Source of the DNA: an uncultured Christensenellaceae bacterium
GTDB taxonomy: Bacteria; Bacillota; Clostridia; Christensenellales; UBA3700
DNA length: 64,000 nucleotides
Assembly (NCBI GenBank): GCA_944381365.1
Contig: CALWKW010000002.1
Location: 64,318 to 128,317, forward strand
Direction of reading: 5' to 3'
Part shown: positions 49,313 to 58,441 of the stretch, one piece after another
Layout: each line of letters opens with the position of its first letter
Position numbering within the stretch: the stretch's first letter is position 1
The notes under the pieces: generated by a model
Databases searched by the model: none
Told to the model about the DNA's origin: nothing
The model's input: only the letters and a program-made list of their open reading frames with translations
Position numbers and translations under genes: made by a program

Positions 49313-50350
49313 TCAATTACACTTTCGCATTTGGTCGATGACGCCTTTGCTGACTTGTCCCATGTAGCAGCCCTCATCCCAGCACGAGAAATCGTCGTAA
49401 AGGAGCAGCTTCTTTTCCTCACTCCCTATCGTACAGACGATGTCCTCGTCCATGATGTCCGAGATGAAAAACTGCGGCAGTCCCTTCGAGTAGACCATTT
49501 TCTCGCCGGTCTTTTCCATATACTTCGTGAGATACGCTATCGCCTCGCCGAGCATAGAGCGGTCGTCCACGGTCTTGAAGTCAGACCTGCCGAACCTTTC
49601 GTTGAAATAAGTGTTCTGGATCGTCGTCTGCACCTTCTTCTTGATCGGCGAATAGTCCTTGACCTCAACGAGTTCTCCGGGCATCGCTCCGTCCGGAATG
49701 TAGAACAGCCCGTGGAAGTGAAGCCGCTTCTTTTCGGGCGAGCGTTCCCACACCCCGACATACTTCCAGCCCTTGCGGTGGCACATCATTTTGAAGCATC
49801 CGCGTAGCTTCCTCATAAAGCTCTCTTCGGTATGCTTTGCCCCGTCGTAGGTGAAAGTGCAAAAGTAGTTGAAGTCCTGCAAATTCACCTTGCGAGTAAG
49901 CCTGATACGCCGACAAATCAGATTCCGCAATTTCCGCTCAAATTGCACTTCCACATACTTTATCGTGCTATCTTCATCCTTAAAGTACGGCTTCATGTTG
50001 CGAACGATAAACTTCTTCCTCGCGCTTCGGGACTGCCCTGCCGACTTTTGATACAGTTCCTCGAAGAGTTCCTTCCGCGTCATCGTCCTTGACCTCGGCT
50101 TCTTCTCAACCGTAGGTTCGGCCTCCTCCTCATTTTCCGTATGCGAAGACGGCGCATCGTCATTTTCAGGCGGTGCGCTTTCTTCTGCGTCTATGGTTAC
50201 TTCCTGTTCCGTGGTCTGTTCCTCTTCCTGCTCCGTCACCTCTATCTCTTCTTCCGGCGGACGGAAACGCCGTCTTGACGGTCTTGTCGTGTGCGGTATC
50301 GCTATGTAGTGACTGCCGTCAAAATACACTTTGCATTCACCATAAGACAT
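49313..50350 (-). CDS. rolling-circle replication initiator / HUH endonuclease (superfamily I Rep; could act as an IME relaxase)
   Basis: Motif 1 FCTFTYD, motif 2 RLHFHGLFY (HUH), motif 3 AIAYLTKYMEK (YxxxY pair, as in the phiX174 A protein). Acidic low-complexity N-terminal third. Confidence 0.8.
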   Translation of the reverse strand: MSYGECKVYFDGSHYIAIPHTTRPSRRRFRPPEEEIEVTEQEEEQTTEQEVTIDAEESAPPENDDAPSSHTENEEEAEPTVEKKPRSRTMTRKELFEELYQKSAGQSRSARKKFIVRNMKPYFKDEDSTIKYVEVQFERKLRNLICRRIRLTRKVNLQDFNYFCTFTYDGAKHTEESFMRKLRGCFKMMCHRKGWKYVGVWERSPEKKRLHFHGLFYIPDGAMPGELVEVKDYSPIKKKVQTTIQNTYFNERFGRSDFKTVDDRSMLGEAIAYLTKYMEKTGEKMVYSKGLPQFFISDIMDEDIVCTIGSEEKKLLLYDDFSCWDEGCYMGQVSKGVIDQMRKCN

Positions 50351-50391
50351 GGTTGCCTCCTTTTGCCGTAAAGGAAACGGACAGCCCTAAA

Positions 50392-52521
50392 TCACGCAGA
50401 ACTGTCGCCGTCCGCGTCCCTGTACAGCGAATTGATGAAATAACTGTTCTGCATTTTGAGTTCCTCAACCGAAGCCTTTTCCGTAGCGTATTCCAAGTAG
50501 TCCGCAAGCCCCGTATAGCTGCGCCGCGCCATATCGTTGAAATAGTCCGAGAAACAGTCCGTGCTGAACCGCTGTGCATAAATCTTCGCGCTCATCAGGT
50601 AATACTTCTTATTCTCCGTCTTGCCGTCCATCGTGCCGCGCTCTTTCTCTATCTTCAAAACCGAGTAGCCGAAGCGATTGTAGATGCGTAAGTTTCGCCG
50701 CCAAAGCCATGCGACAACGCTTTTGAGGATATGCACCAGCAAGGTATTGTCCCCGCGCCTGAAGCGGAAGTCGTAGTACAGCGACAGGAAGCGGTTGAAC
50801 GCCCACTCCGAGAGCATTTCCTCTATCGTGTAGAATGGCAGAGCGAGCCGCATATCTCCGCACGAAGCGATGTTGATGATGTCCGCAAGGTCTCGCGCGT
50901 CCGCACCCCAAGACTCCGGTCTTTGCTCATCGGTGAATACCTTAATAAATGGGAAATTATCCACGGTCGCGCTATGTCTGCACATCTTCAGCCACGAATT
51001 GAAAAGGTCGTTCTTCTGGTTGGTGTCGTCCGAGCCTTTCTTTACTTCCTTGAGTTCCAGATTGTTGCCGCGCTCCTTGCCTATCTCCGTGATCCCCACG
51101 ACGCCGAACTCAAAACTGCCTGCCTTCGGGTTGTTTTCCAAGACCTTGCGGCCCAAGCGCAACACATCGAAATCAAGGATATGCGCGTGCCTGCTTTGAG
51201 GCCGTCTGCGCTTCGGGAAGAAGTCCGTGAGCCACATCGGGAAGTTGCCGTTGTCTGCCATCAGATTGTCCGTGCGGACGGAGTAATTCGCCACGATGAG
51301 GCTGCTTTCCAAGACATAGATGAAGTATGCCTGCGCATAGGTTTCCAGAACCTCGAACAATCGGCTTATTTTGAGCGAATCGTCAAAAGTCGTACCGTAA
51401 CGCGCGTAATCGTATCCGTAAAGTTGCGTTTGCGCGTTTCTGTGCCGAATGAACCTTGACCGTTTCAACGCCACCCAAGCCTTGACCGAGGCGAGGTTAT
51501 ACACCGTTCCGTGTTCCATACAATGCCGCAGTTCGTCCTCAAAGGCGATCCACGGGAAGTAGGGGAATTTCATGTCGTTCTGTTGCAGGATCTCCAATGC
51601 CTTCTGACGGAACATCACCTCTTGCGACAGCACCATGTCCGTGATGAGCGTCGTCTTTTTCTTGCCCATGCTTCCGCACGCCATAGACACGATAGGCAGC
51701 TCGTTTATGAAGCCGCAGTTCCTCGCCTCGAAGTGCCGCAGTCTGTTCTGCGCAATGTTCTTCCGCCAGCGATCAAACAACAGCCAGCAGACGAACGCGA
51801 CACACCACCACGGAAAGTGCTGGAAGATGACCTGCAAGTCGATGAACAGCTTGCACACCTGCACATAGAGATTAGTCACATCGAAGCTCAACACGAAGTA
51901 GAAGTAGTACGCGAGAAAGTCCATTACGATGCTTGCCGCGTTCAGGTGGAACGCCCACATCACCGCCCAAAGGATCCATACCGCGCGATGCTCCGTGAGA
52001 AAATCCCGATACGACAATGCAGCTCGTTTCAACGGCTGATACAGACATCGCGAAAATGATTTGAACACTTTCAGCGGTACGGTATCCTTGTTGTGTTTCG
52101 TGTTGCCGCTTTTATACAGCCGCCAGATGACCAGCCATAAGATGAGCAGGCACGGAAGCATGATTGCCACCACTTTCAACAGCACGAGCATCACATCTCC
52201 GACCTTAGACCAATAGCTTGCAAAGTTCTCTCCGTCTATGAGAAGTGCAAAGAACGATTTCGACTGCGAAGTAAAGCCCTCGAAGTCCGACGGGAGAAGG
52301 ATGCTCCAATCCATCACCGAAGAATACTCCGTAACGGACGGCACGATATTATGCTCTATCCCGAACAGCGTACAGAAATAGTACCCTACCGACAGTCCGA
52401 AGTCCTTGACGGCTTCTCCGAAACGCAGATATGAGTCCGAAAATACGAACAACGCAAGCAACGCAAATGCCGCCGTTATCAACACGGACAGGCAAATATT
52501 AAATACTCTGCGCCTGTTCAT
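50392..52521 (-). CDS. 709-aa polytopic membrane protein with C-terminal P-loop-like NTPase region
   Basis: About 6 hydrophobic helices in the first 270 aa. A deviant Walker A (ACGSMGKKKTT) sits at about aa 285, with a Walker-B-like FGVVGITEIG about 190 aa later. GGAGGTGG RBS. Confidence 0.6.
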   Translation of the reverse strand: MNRRRVFNICLSVLITAAFALLALFVFSDSYLRFGEAVKDFGLSVGYYFCTLFGIEHNIVPSVTEYSSVMDWSILLPSDFEGFTSQSKSFFALLIDGENFASYWSKVGDVMLVLLKVVAIMLPCLLILWLVIWRLYKSGNTKHNKDTVPLKVFKSFSRCLYQPLKRAALSYRDFLTEHRAVWILWAVMWAFHLNAASIVMDFLAYYFYFVLSFDVTNLYVQVCKLFIDLQVIFQHFPWWCVAFVCWLLFDRWRKNIAQNRLRHFEARNCGFINELPIVSMACGSMGKKKTTLITDMVLSQEVMFRQKALEILQQNDMKFPYFPWIAFEDELRHCMEHGTVYNLASVKAWVALKRSRFIRHRNAQTQLYGYDYARYGTTFDDSLKISRLFEVLETYAQAYFIYVLESSLIVANYSVRTDNLMADNGNFPMWLTDFFPKRRRPQSRHAHILDFDVLRLGRKVLENNPKAGSFEFGVVGITEIGKERGNNLELKEVKKGSDDTNQKNDLFNSWLKMCRHSATVDNFPFIKVFTDEQRPESWGADARDLADIINIASCGDMRLALPFYTIEEMLSEWAFNRFLSLYYDFRFRRGDNTLLVHILKSVVAWLWRRNLRIYNRFGYSVLKIEKERGTMDGKTENKKYYLMSAKIYAQRFSTDCFSDYFNDMARRSYTGLADYLEYATEKASVEELKMQNSYFINSLYRDADGDSSA

Positions 52522-52651
52522 AGACCACCTCCAAAGCCGCCGCTATCTCTTGCGTGGCGGAAAGCCGGCTACCCGTATAACACAGATAGCCGACCACGAT
52601 TCCCACCACGACCAAGAGAACAACAGCGATGATTCTCTTGACCGTTTTCAT
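52499..52651 (-). CDS. possible 50-aa single-pass membrane protein
   Basis: Below the track cutoff. Its ATG abuts the stop of the 691-aa gene. My translation is MKTVKRIIAVVLLVVVGIVVGYLCYTGSRLSATQEIAAALEVVYEQAQSI. It overlaps the start of the 709-aa gene by 23 nt. Confidence 0.4.
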   Translation of the reverse strand: MKTVKRIIAVVLLVVVGIVVGYLCYTGSRLSATQEIAAALEVVYEQAQSI

Positions 52652-54727
52652 TTACACCTCCAATCCGTCCGCATCGTCGGGCGGTTTTTGCGTCTGCTTT
52701 ATGGCAGGTTCTTTCTGCGCCTTCGCTTTCGTTTTCCGCTTTCGTCGGTTGTCTATCCCCTTGAACAGAGCCGCTATCGCCCTGAACGGCAGACAGATGA
52801 GCCAAAACAGGAATTTGAGGATATATGGCAATATCGGGAACAGAATGATGATGAGCAGAACTATCAGCACGATGGCGAGCAGGATCTGCCACCACTCCCA
52901 CTCGGAAGGCATCTGCACGGGCGGAGTTATCGCGTTGACGATATCCATAGGGCTGGACACCACGGGAATGACCGTATATACGCCGTCCCGGTTAAAAGTC
53001 AGCTGGATAATGTCAAAATCGAAGAATACGCTCTCCCAAGCCCTGTACGCCTGTCCGCTCGTGTGTTTGTCCGGAAGGATGGTGCGAAGCTCCATGATGT
53101 CCACCGCCGCGGAATAGTAGTCCGTAGTGGCGAAACGGAACAGCACGACCTGCTTTTTCTCATCGTCCTTGCCGCTGACCGTTGTGGCGTCTTTGAAATA
53201 GTCCCGAAGCGCCTGCACATCGTTGGCATTGATGAGAAGCCTGTCCGCAACTTCGTTGTCGTTGCCGTCCAGATCGCTTTCCTGTACAATGCAGATGGGC
53301 GAAACCGTCTTGCTTTCTTCTTCGGGAATGCCGCCGAATATCGTATCCCACAAGCCCCAATTTACCCAATTATCCCAGAAGGACGGATCAGTCTCCTGCC
53401 AGCTTGAAAGTTTCTGCAAGTCCACATCGGCGTCGAAATCGTAATAAGAATAGCCTTGCTGTATCTTGCCGAACTCGGTATCCATCTTGCGGTAGTCGTC
53501 GATGTCGTCCGCAAACAGGTCCGCGCTGATCGTGCCGTCCTTGATAGGCAGTGTGCCGTTTTCGAAGGTCTTGTTGTAACTCTTTATGTACTCGTACAAT
53601 GCGTTGCTCTCCACGCCGCCGATGGACACGATGTCTGCATACGGATCATACTCCTCGATGTCGTCCACCTTGAACAGGTAATACAGCGCGTCCGCAGGAA
53701 CATGGAGATAATTGTTACCGAGATTCCAGCCCCATTTTGCCACCATCATTCCGCCACCGCCGTCACCGGCTTGCTGACCGAGCGAAAGCACGGAATCGTT
53801 GTAGTTGTAGCCGAAGTATTCCCCGATATGCGCATACGCCTGATCGTAAAACTCCTGATTGCTCGTCACGACAATATCTTTGGTCTTGTACTCATACCAT
53901 TCCGCCTTGATGCGCTGCAACTTGCCGTAGGTATCAAAGAAACGCTGCGGCACGGCGAAATACACCGTATCCAGCTGATTCTGATACCCCGCGCCCTTGC
54001 TCGAAGTCTGCGTGCGGTAGAAGGTGTGCTTGACATCCAGCGTGATGGTTTCAAGATACTCCACCGAACTTTCCAGCGTACTCTTTGCGCCCGCGTCCGG
54101 ACCGTAGCCTGCCGCATAGCCGGTAAATTTGTATGTTCCGTTGACGGGATATTCGGTCGCGTTATTCGCGCCGTAAGTCACAAGCTCAATGCCGGAAACA
54201 TCGTACCTGCGCTCGTTGCTGTTCACTCTGTCCTTGAATGTCGTTCCATTTATCTCGCGGTCTACCACCTTGAATTTGTAGAACAGGTTCTTGTAGTTGC
54301 TGTCCTCGGACTTGTTCAAAAACTGCAGGTCAAACTTCGCATAATTGTTCGGCTTTCCCTCGGAATCATACGACACCGCCATCTGGATCTTGTTGCTCTT
54401 GCTGTTCGTGGAGATGTTCAGCCCTTGCGGATTATACACATAGACATACAGCCCGTAGTTACTTTGCATATTACCCTTGTACGAGTAGCAATACTCCACG
54501 AAATTGACGATCTGCGCCTGACTGTCCTCGTCATACGGATAGTCCTTCACATCGAAGGGCTGCCCGTTCACGGTGGAAGAGGTAAGGTCGTCCATGACAC
54601 TTGTCTTGTCGTAATTGAGTTCGCCGCTTTCCGCATAAGCGATATTCGGCGCCGCCGAAACGACGACGCCGAACACCATAACTATCGCGATAAGACAGAC
54701 GAACAATCTTTGCCTTACCGTGCTCAA
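52652..54727 (-). CDS. 691-aa secreted protein with cleavable-type signal peptide and C-terminal TM anchor plus basic tail
   Basis: TTG start. Signal peptide LFVCLIAIVMVFGVVVSAAPNIAYA. C-terminal helices WWQILLAIVLIVLLIIILFPILPYILKFLFWLICLPF, then RRKRKTKAKAQK. Confidence 0.7.
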   Translation of the reverse strand: MSTVRQRLFVCLIAIVMVFGVVVSAAPNIAYAESGELNYDKTSVMDDLTSSTVNGQPFDVKDYPYDEDSQAQIVNFVEYCYSYKGNMQSNYGLYVYVYNPQGLNISTNSKSNKIQMAVSYDSEGKPNNYAKFDLQFLNKSEDSNYKNLFYKFKVVDREINGTTFKDRVNSNERRYDVSGIELVTYGANNATEYPVNGTYKFTGYAAGYGPDAGAKSTLESSVEYLETITLDVKHTFYRTQTSSKGAGYQNQLDTVYFAVPQRFFDTYGKLQRIKAEWYEYKTKDIVVTSNQEFYDQAYAHIGEYFGYNYNDSVLSLGQQAGDGGGGMMVAKWGWNLGNNYLHVPADALYYLFKVDDIEEYDPYADIVSIGGVESNALYEYIKSYNKTFENGTLPIKDGTISADLFADDIDDYRKMDTEFGKIQQGYSYYDFDADVDLQKLSSWQETDPSFWDNWVNWGLWDTIFGGIPEEESKTVSPICIVQESDLDGNDNEVADRLLINANDVQALRDYFKDATTVSGKDDEKKQVVLFRFATTDYYSAAVDIMELRTILPDKHTSGQAYRAWESVFFDFDIIQLTFNRDGVYTVIPVVSSPMDIVNAITPPVQMPSEWEWWQILLAIVLIVLLIIILFPILPYILKFLFWLICLPFRAIAALFKGIDNRRKRKTKAKAQKEPAIKQTQKPPDDADGLEV

Positions 54728-55332
54728 AATACGATCACCTCCTTGTCCAATGTAACCCCTGCCGCATCCTGCAGTATGGAGAAATGAAGCGTAACGCTCG
54801 CTTCGCCGTTATACGAAGTAACGATAAGCGAATACATATCCTCATAACCTTTATCTTCACAGCCGCCAATCGTGTTGTTGGGATATACCGCCTGCAAAAC
54901 ATTTGCCACATTGCCGTTTTCAGATTTGGGCGTTATCGTGAAAGAGGTTTCCTCGCGCGCTATGTCAAACCCCGCAGTAAGGTCGGTTTCCGCCTGAAAG
55001 GAATACACCTGATCATCCAAAGTAAAATCGAAGTCTTTACCTTCAACGACATGAGGGACGATTTTCACGGAATAACCGCTGACATCACCGCCGGCTGAAC
55101 CGAATGTGTACTTCACATCAACAGTAAGGGGCATTTCCTGCGAGATCTTATAGCCGCCTGCACTCGTAAGAACATCTTTGCCGTCCACCGAAACATAAAA
55201 GGTCTTGAAGTCGCTCGTGAAGCCGCCCGTGAAATAGACGATCACGCCTATAACTCCGACCACGACCAGCACGAGCAGTATGTACCCTATAACTTTTGCA
55301 ACCGCGTTGCCTGTTTGTACACTCCTGCTCAT
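54724..55332 (-). CDS. 202-aa N-terminally anchored membrane protein
   Basis: TM helix VIGYILLVLVVVGVIGVIVYF followed by a beta-rich ectodomain. 4-nt overlap with the downstream gene. Confidence 0.65.
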   Translation of the reverse strand: MSRSVQTGNAVAKVIGYILLVLVVVGVIGVIVYFTGGFTSDFKTFYVSVDGKDVLTSAGGYKISQEMPLTVDVKYTFGSAGGDVSGYSVKIVPHVVEGKDFDFTLDDQVYSFQAETDLTAGFDIAREETSFTITPKSENGNVANVLQAVYPNNTIGGCEDKGYEDMYSLIVTSYNGEASVTLHFSILQDAAGVTLDKEVIVF

Positions 55333-55341
55333 AGGCTCACC

Positions 55342-56451
55342 TTAAAAAGAGATCGCGCTTTCGCTGAGTTGAACAGACGACACACCGGTACTAACCCAGA
55401 ATTTCACGGATGTGGACAAGCCGCTTATGCTGTCGGTTACCTTCAGAAGATAGTAGCAGGAGTCGATGTGAGACGCATTGTATGCGGCGCCTTCCTTATA
55501 CTCTTCCGAATATGCAGTTCCCATGCCTTCCATCCAATCTTCATAAAACACATAGTCGTTGTAGTACCAAGTTCCCGTGCCGTATTCATCACCCTCGCTG
55601 TGCGAATAGAAGAACGAGTCCAAAACCTTGTTAGCCGTTACGGTTACGGTATTGCCGCTCACGCTTGCAGTTACGCCGAGATACTGCATAAGATCGGATA
55701 TATTGACTTGCCTGACATTCTCATTTGTAGATCCGCCGAAAGAATCACCGAATACATCGCACACATAAATCGATCCCACTGCGCTTATCTCCGCGCTCAA
55801 GTCATACGAACCGACCGTATCCCAAACATTGCTCAAATTGACGGTAAAGGTCGTGGAGGTTTTGCTGGGAAGATCGTAGTATTCTCCCCTGCCGGAATTC
55901 GTGGTTGGCGACACGCTCGAAGTGAGATAAATGGAAGTAGCCACGCCGCGGAATGTGACAACACAAGTCGCCGTATAACCGCCTTGACGAGTTGTAACCG
56001 TGATGGTGATCTGATCGGAACCGAAAGGTTTCAAACAGGTTACGGTCGCCTCGCTGCTTCCGTCATATGTAGGCGTCACCGTCACATAATCCGTCACATC
56101 TTCGCTCTTGCCTTGATTGCTCCATGCGATAGACCAATCCACGAGTCTGTTCGTCGCGTCTATCGGATAAACGGTTGCCGTCAATGTCTTGCTCACCGAA
56201 CTATCCGCCGCAACAGTTGCAGCAGAACTCATAGCCAGCTTGACATTCGGCGAATTGAAGCACTCAGCGGTGAAATCATTGGCGTATGCCGCAGTTTCAG
56301 TTTCGGTTTCGGGTTCTTCCGTATCTATCTTATCCGAAAGAGAAACCGCTAAAGAAGCGACAACGCCTGCGATAAGCACCGCTATGAGCACGAACACGAT
56401 GATCCATTTCACCGCGTCCGATTTCTTGTGTTCATAGAATTCGTTGTTCAT
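55342..56451 (-). CDS. 369-aa N-terminally anchored protein with Big_2-like Ig domain(s)
   Basis: TM helix WIIVFVLIAVLIAGVVASLAV. VSKTLTATVYPIDATNRLVDWSIAWS...ITITVTTRQGGYTATCVVTF resembles a bacterial Ig-like group 2 domain. GGGAGG RBS. Confidence 0.65.
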   Translation of the reverse strand: MNNEFYEHKKSDAVKWIIVFVLIAVLIAGVVASLAVSLSDKIDTEEPETETETAAYANDFTAECFNSPNVKLAMSSAATVAADSSVSKTLTATVYPIDATNRLVDWSIAWSNQGKSEDVTDYVTVTPTYDGSSEATVTCLKPFGSDQITITVTTRQGGYTATCVVTFRGVATSIYLTSSVSPTTNSGRGEYYDLPSKTSTTFTVNLSNVWDTVGSYDLSAEISAVGSIYVCDVFGDSFGGSTNENVRQVNISDLMQYLGVTASVSGNTVTVTANKVLDSFFYSHSEGDEYGTGTWYYNDYVFYEDWMEGMGTAYSEEYKEGAAYNASHIDSCYYLLKVTDSISGLSTSVKFWVSTGVSSVQLSESAISF

Positions 56452-56477
56452 GTTTTACCTCCCAAAAGATTAGAAAA

Positions 56478-56505
56478 TGCGGCTCGCGGTTTCCCGTAAG
56501 CCGCA
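56478..56505 (-). terminator. hairpin / partial terminator between the 120-aa gene and the membrane-protein genes
   Basis: TGCGGCT...AGCCGCA 7-bp stem. On the minus strand it is followed by TTTTCTAATCTTTT. Confidence 0.4.
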
Positions 56506-56518
56506 CATGCGCTTTGTT

Positions 56519-56881
56519 TTACGCCGCTCTTTTGACGAGCATGGCGAGCAGAGCCTTGTCCGAATTGCGGTACGGCTTGACGCTGCACTCGTAGATCTCG
56601 CCGTCTTCGTCCACCGACTGCACGGCGTAGGAATTGCCTGCAATCACCCTGCCGGTGGCTTCGTCCTTGATCTCATACGGCTTCAGAATGAGTTCTGCCG
56701 ACATTTCGTTGCCGAACACGATATCCAGCACGGTATAGCCGCCTTTGTCGGGCGGAACGACCGCAACCTTGACATCCTTGCCGCGAATGACGCCCTTGAT
56801 GAAGTAGGAGAAGAAAGTCCTTCCGTTCTTCTCGAAAGTCTCTCTTTCCACGAAAATCTTGCCGTTGTTATTCTTTGCCAT
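56519..56881 (-). CDS. hypothetical 120-aa beta-rich protein (OB-fold/ssDNA-binding role is speculative)
   Basis: GGGAGGA RBS. Sequence starts MAKNNNGKIFVERETFEKNGRTFFSYFIKGVIRGKDVKVAVVPPDKGGY. Confidence 0.6.
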   Translation of the reverse strand: MAKNNNGKIFVERETFEKNGRTFFSYFIKGVIRGKDVKVAVVPPDKGGYTVLDIVFGNEMSAELILKPYEIKDEATGRVIAGNSYAVQSVDEDGEIYECSVKPYRNSDKALLAMLVKRAA

Positions 56882-56900
56882 GTTTCATATCCTCCCGATT

Positions 56901-57164
56901 TTACTTTTTGGCTTTGCCTTTCTGTCTGGAAATGCGCTTGGCTTCCGCCTTGGACTTCCCTTCCGCGAGAGCCTTCTTGTACTTGTAGGTGCCGGCATGA
57001 TCGGACTGACACTGAAGATACCCGGAACGCATACCCGCTTCGTAGTCCGTGAGTTCTTTGCCCTCTTTCGGACCGTGCTGATGGACCTTTGCCTTCCTTT
57101 CCTCTGCGTAGCTCTTGGCGCGCTTGGAAGGAACGGTCCAACGTCTTTCATCGTACTTTGCCAT
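56901..57164 (-). CDS. 87-aa highly basic protein
   Basis: AAAGGAG lies 8 nt upstream of the ATG at 57164 (MAKYDERRW...). Lys-rich C-terminus KSKAEAKRISRQKGKAKK. Confidence 0.6.
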   Translation of the reverse strand: MAKYDERRWTVPSKRAKSYAEERKAKVHQHGPKEGKELTDYEAGMRSGYLQCQSDHAGTYKYKKALAEGKSKAEAKRISRQKGKAKK

Positions 57165-57330
57165 TGTGATGCTCCTTTTTGAATTTTTACCCATAACGCA
57201 GGGTAAGCGCGGATATAATCGCTGAACGGCTGCTTACGGAACTCTTCGTCCCCGGCGATGAACTTACGGCAGTGGCCACATTGCGCCGTATGAACCATCG
57301 GTCTAACTCTTGAACCGTTCACGGACTACC

Positions 57331-57537
57331 TTAATGTATCGGGTAACGAGTGCCCGAAAAGGTCAGTAGGTCTTGCCTTGCGGAGAACCTTTCGAGAAGC
57401 GGACAATACAGATACGAAACCTGCCAAAGCTCCACTTCCAGATGCTTGCTCCTGCATTTTTCGAAGTATCTCTGCGCCTTCACGATGTCCTTAAAGTACC
57501 TGCAACCGAAATTGCATTCCACTCTGAACCTCTGCAT
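57331..57537 (-). CDS. hypothetical 68-aa protein
   Basis: AAGGAGG RBS upstream of the ATG. Confidence 0.5.
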   Translation of the reverse strand: MQRFRVECNFGCRYFKDIVKAQRYFEKCRSKHLEVELWQVSYLYCPLLERFSARQDLLTFSGTRYPIH

Positions 57538-57587
57538 TTTTCAACCTCCTTTTGAAGTGCCTTCACTATTTAGGCTCGAAAATCGCA

Positions 57588-57998
57588 TTATACAAGGGTG
57601 TCAGCCAAAAATTTTTGCAATTTTTTCTTGATACGGCACAATCTGTCCGTAATAGCCTGCTGACTGACTTGCTGCGCTTCTGCAACATCAATGACTTTTC
57701 TGCGCTCGATATAGACCATCTCGAACAGTTCGCGCTGACAGTCCGTAAACGAGGCGATGGCGGCGTCCAACTGTTCGCGCTGCTTTTCTCGCATAAGGCT
57801 TTCGAACGGATCGGCTTTATCGTCCATAAAGGCGTCGCCTTCATAATCGAACAGCGAGGCGGACTTGTTATGGCGGTCGTAATTGTACTTACTCTTACGC
57901 TCCGCTTCGTCCATCTCTTTCAAGATGTCGTACCACTTGTCCTCTACATCTATCGTGCTTTTCGTGCCGTCTGCAAAATAATAGGTGTACTTCTTCAT
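57588..57998 (-). CDS. sigma-70 region-4-like HTH protein (Tn916 Orf7-type regulator)
   Basis: C-terminal FTDCQRELFEMVYIERRKVIDVAEAQQVSQQAITDRLCRIKKKL matches the region 4.2 pattern. Confidence 0.65.
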   Translation of the reverse strand: MKKYTYYFADGTKSTIDVEDKWYDILKEMDEAERKSKYNYDRHNKSASLFDYEGDAFMDDKADPFESLMREKQREQLDAAIASFTDCQRELFEMVYIERRKVIDVAEAQQVSQQAITDRLCRIKKKLQKFLADTLV

Positions 57999-58140
57999 GT
58001 TTCTGCTCCTTGAATTTGGTTTGGAAATCCGCAGAGCCGGTTTCTTTCCGCAAACGAAAAGACGGCATAAAAAGCGTTTGAGATTTGCTTTCCATTGCCG
58101 TCTTGCGGTCTGCGGATATGTTGTTTTTAGTTTTCGGGAC

Positions 58141-58290
58141 TTACGCCGTTTTTGCGTTCTCTATCTCGACCGTCCCGTCGTCGAGAAACCGTATCGTGGT
58201 CTTGCAACCCTTGATAACGATCTCTACCACTCGCCTTGCCTTATCCAACCGACAGACAAGTTTGTTGCTGCTGTTCCGTATCTCTTCCAT
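58141..58290 (-). CDS. possible 49-aa protein
   Basis: Below the track cutoff. GAGGG RBS. My translation is MEEIRNSSNKLVCRLDKARRVVEIVIKGCKTTIRFLDDGTVEIENAKTA. Confidence 0.45.
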   Translation of the reverse strand: MEEIRNSSNKLVCRLDKARRVVEIVIKGCKTTIRFLDDGTVEIENAKTA

Positions 58291-58294
58291 AGCT

Positions 58295-58441
58295 TTATCC
58301 CTCGTCATTTTCCTTCTGCCGTTTCAGAATGTTCTCAAGAAACTTCTTGGCGACCGATTCCAAAACAGGCTTCGGGATCTTTGCGTAATCGGGCATACCG
58401 TTGACCTCGACTACATATTCCGCTGCCGCTTTCCTTTTCAT
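58295..58441 (-). CDS. possible 48-aa protein
   Basis: Below the track cutoff. Its ATG overlaps the regulator's TGA (ATGA coupling). My translation is MKRKAAAEYVVEVNGMPDYAKIPKPVLESVAKKFLENILKRQKENDEG. Confidence 0.4.
   Translation of the reverse strand: MKRKAAAEYVVEVNGMPDYAKIPKPVLESVAKKFLENILKRQKENDEG

Noticed and set aside
49105-49807. ORFs 49105..49422 (-) and 49217..49807 (+) covering the inverted repeat and the Rep 3-prime end
   Set aside because: No RBS, Ala/Arg-rich translation generated by the GC-rich hairpin, and overlap with the Rep gene. The region is better explained as a structured non-coding origin-like site.
50173-56352. A series of long + strand ORFs (50173..50691, 50731..51459, 51511..52059, 52406..53407, 53456..54787, 55315..56352)
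   Set aside because: All are antisense to minus-strand genes that have Shine-Dalgarno sites, signal peptides, TM helices and coupled starts. Their translations are Arg/His-rich with no motifs.
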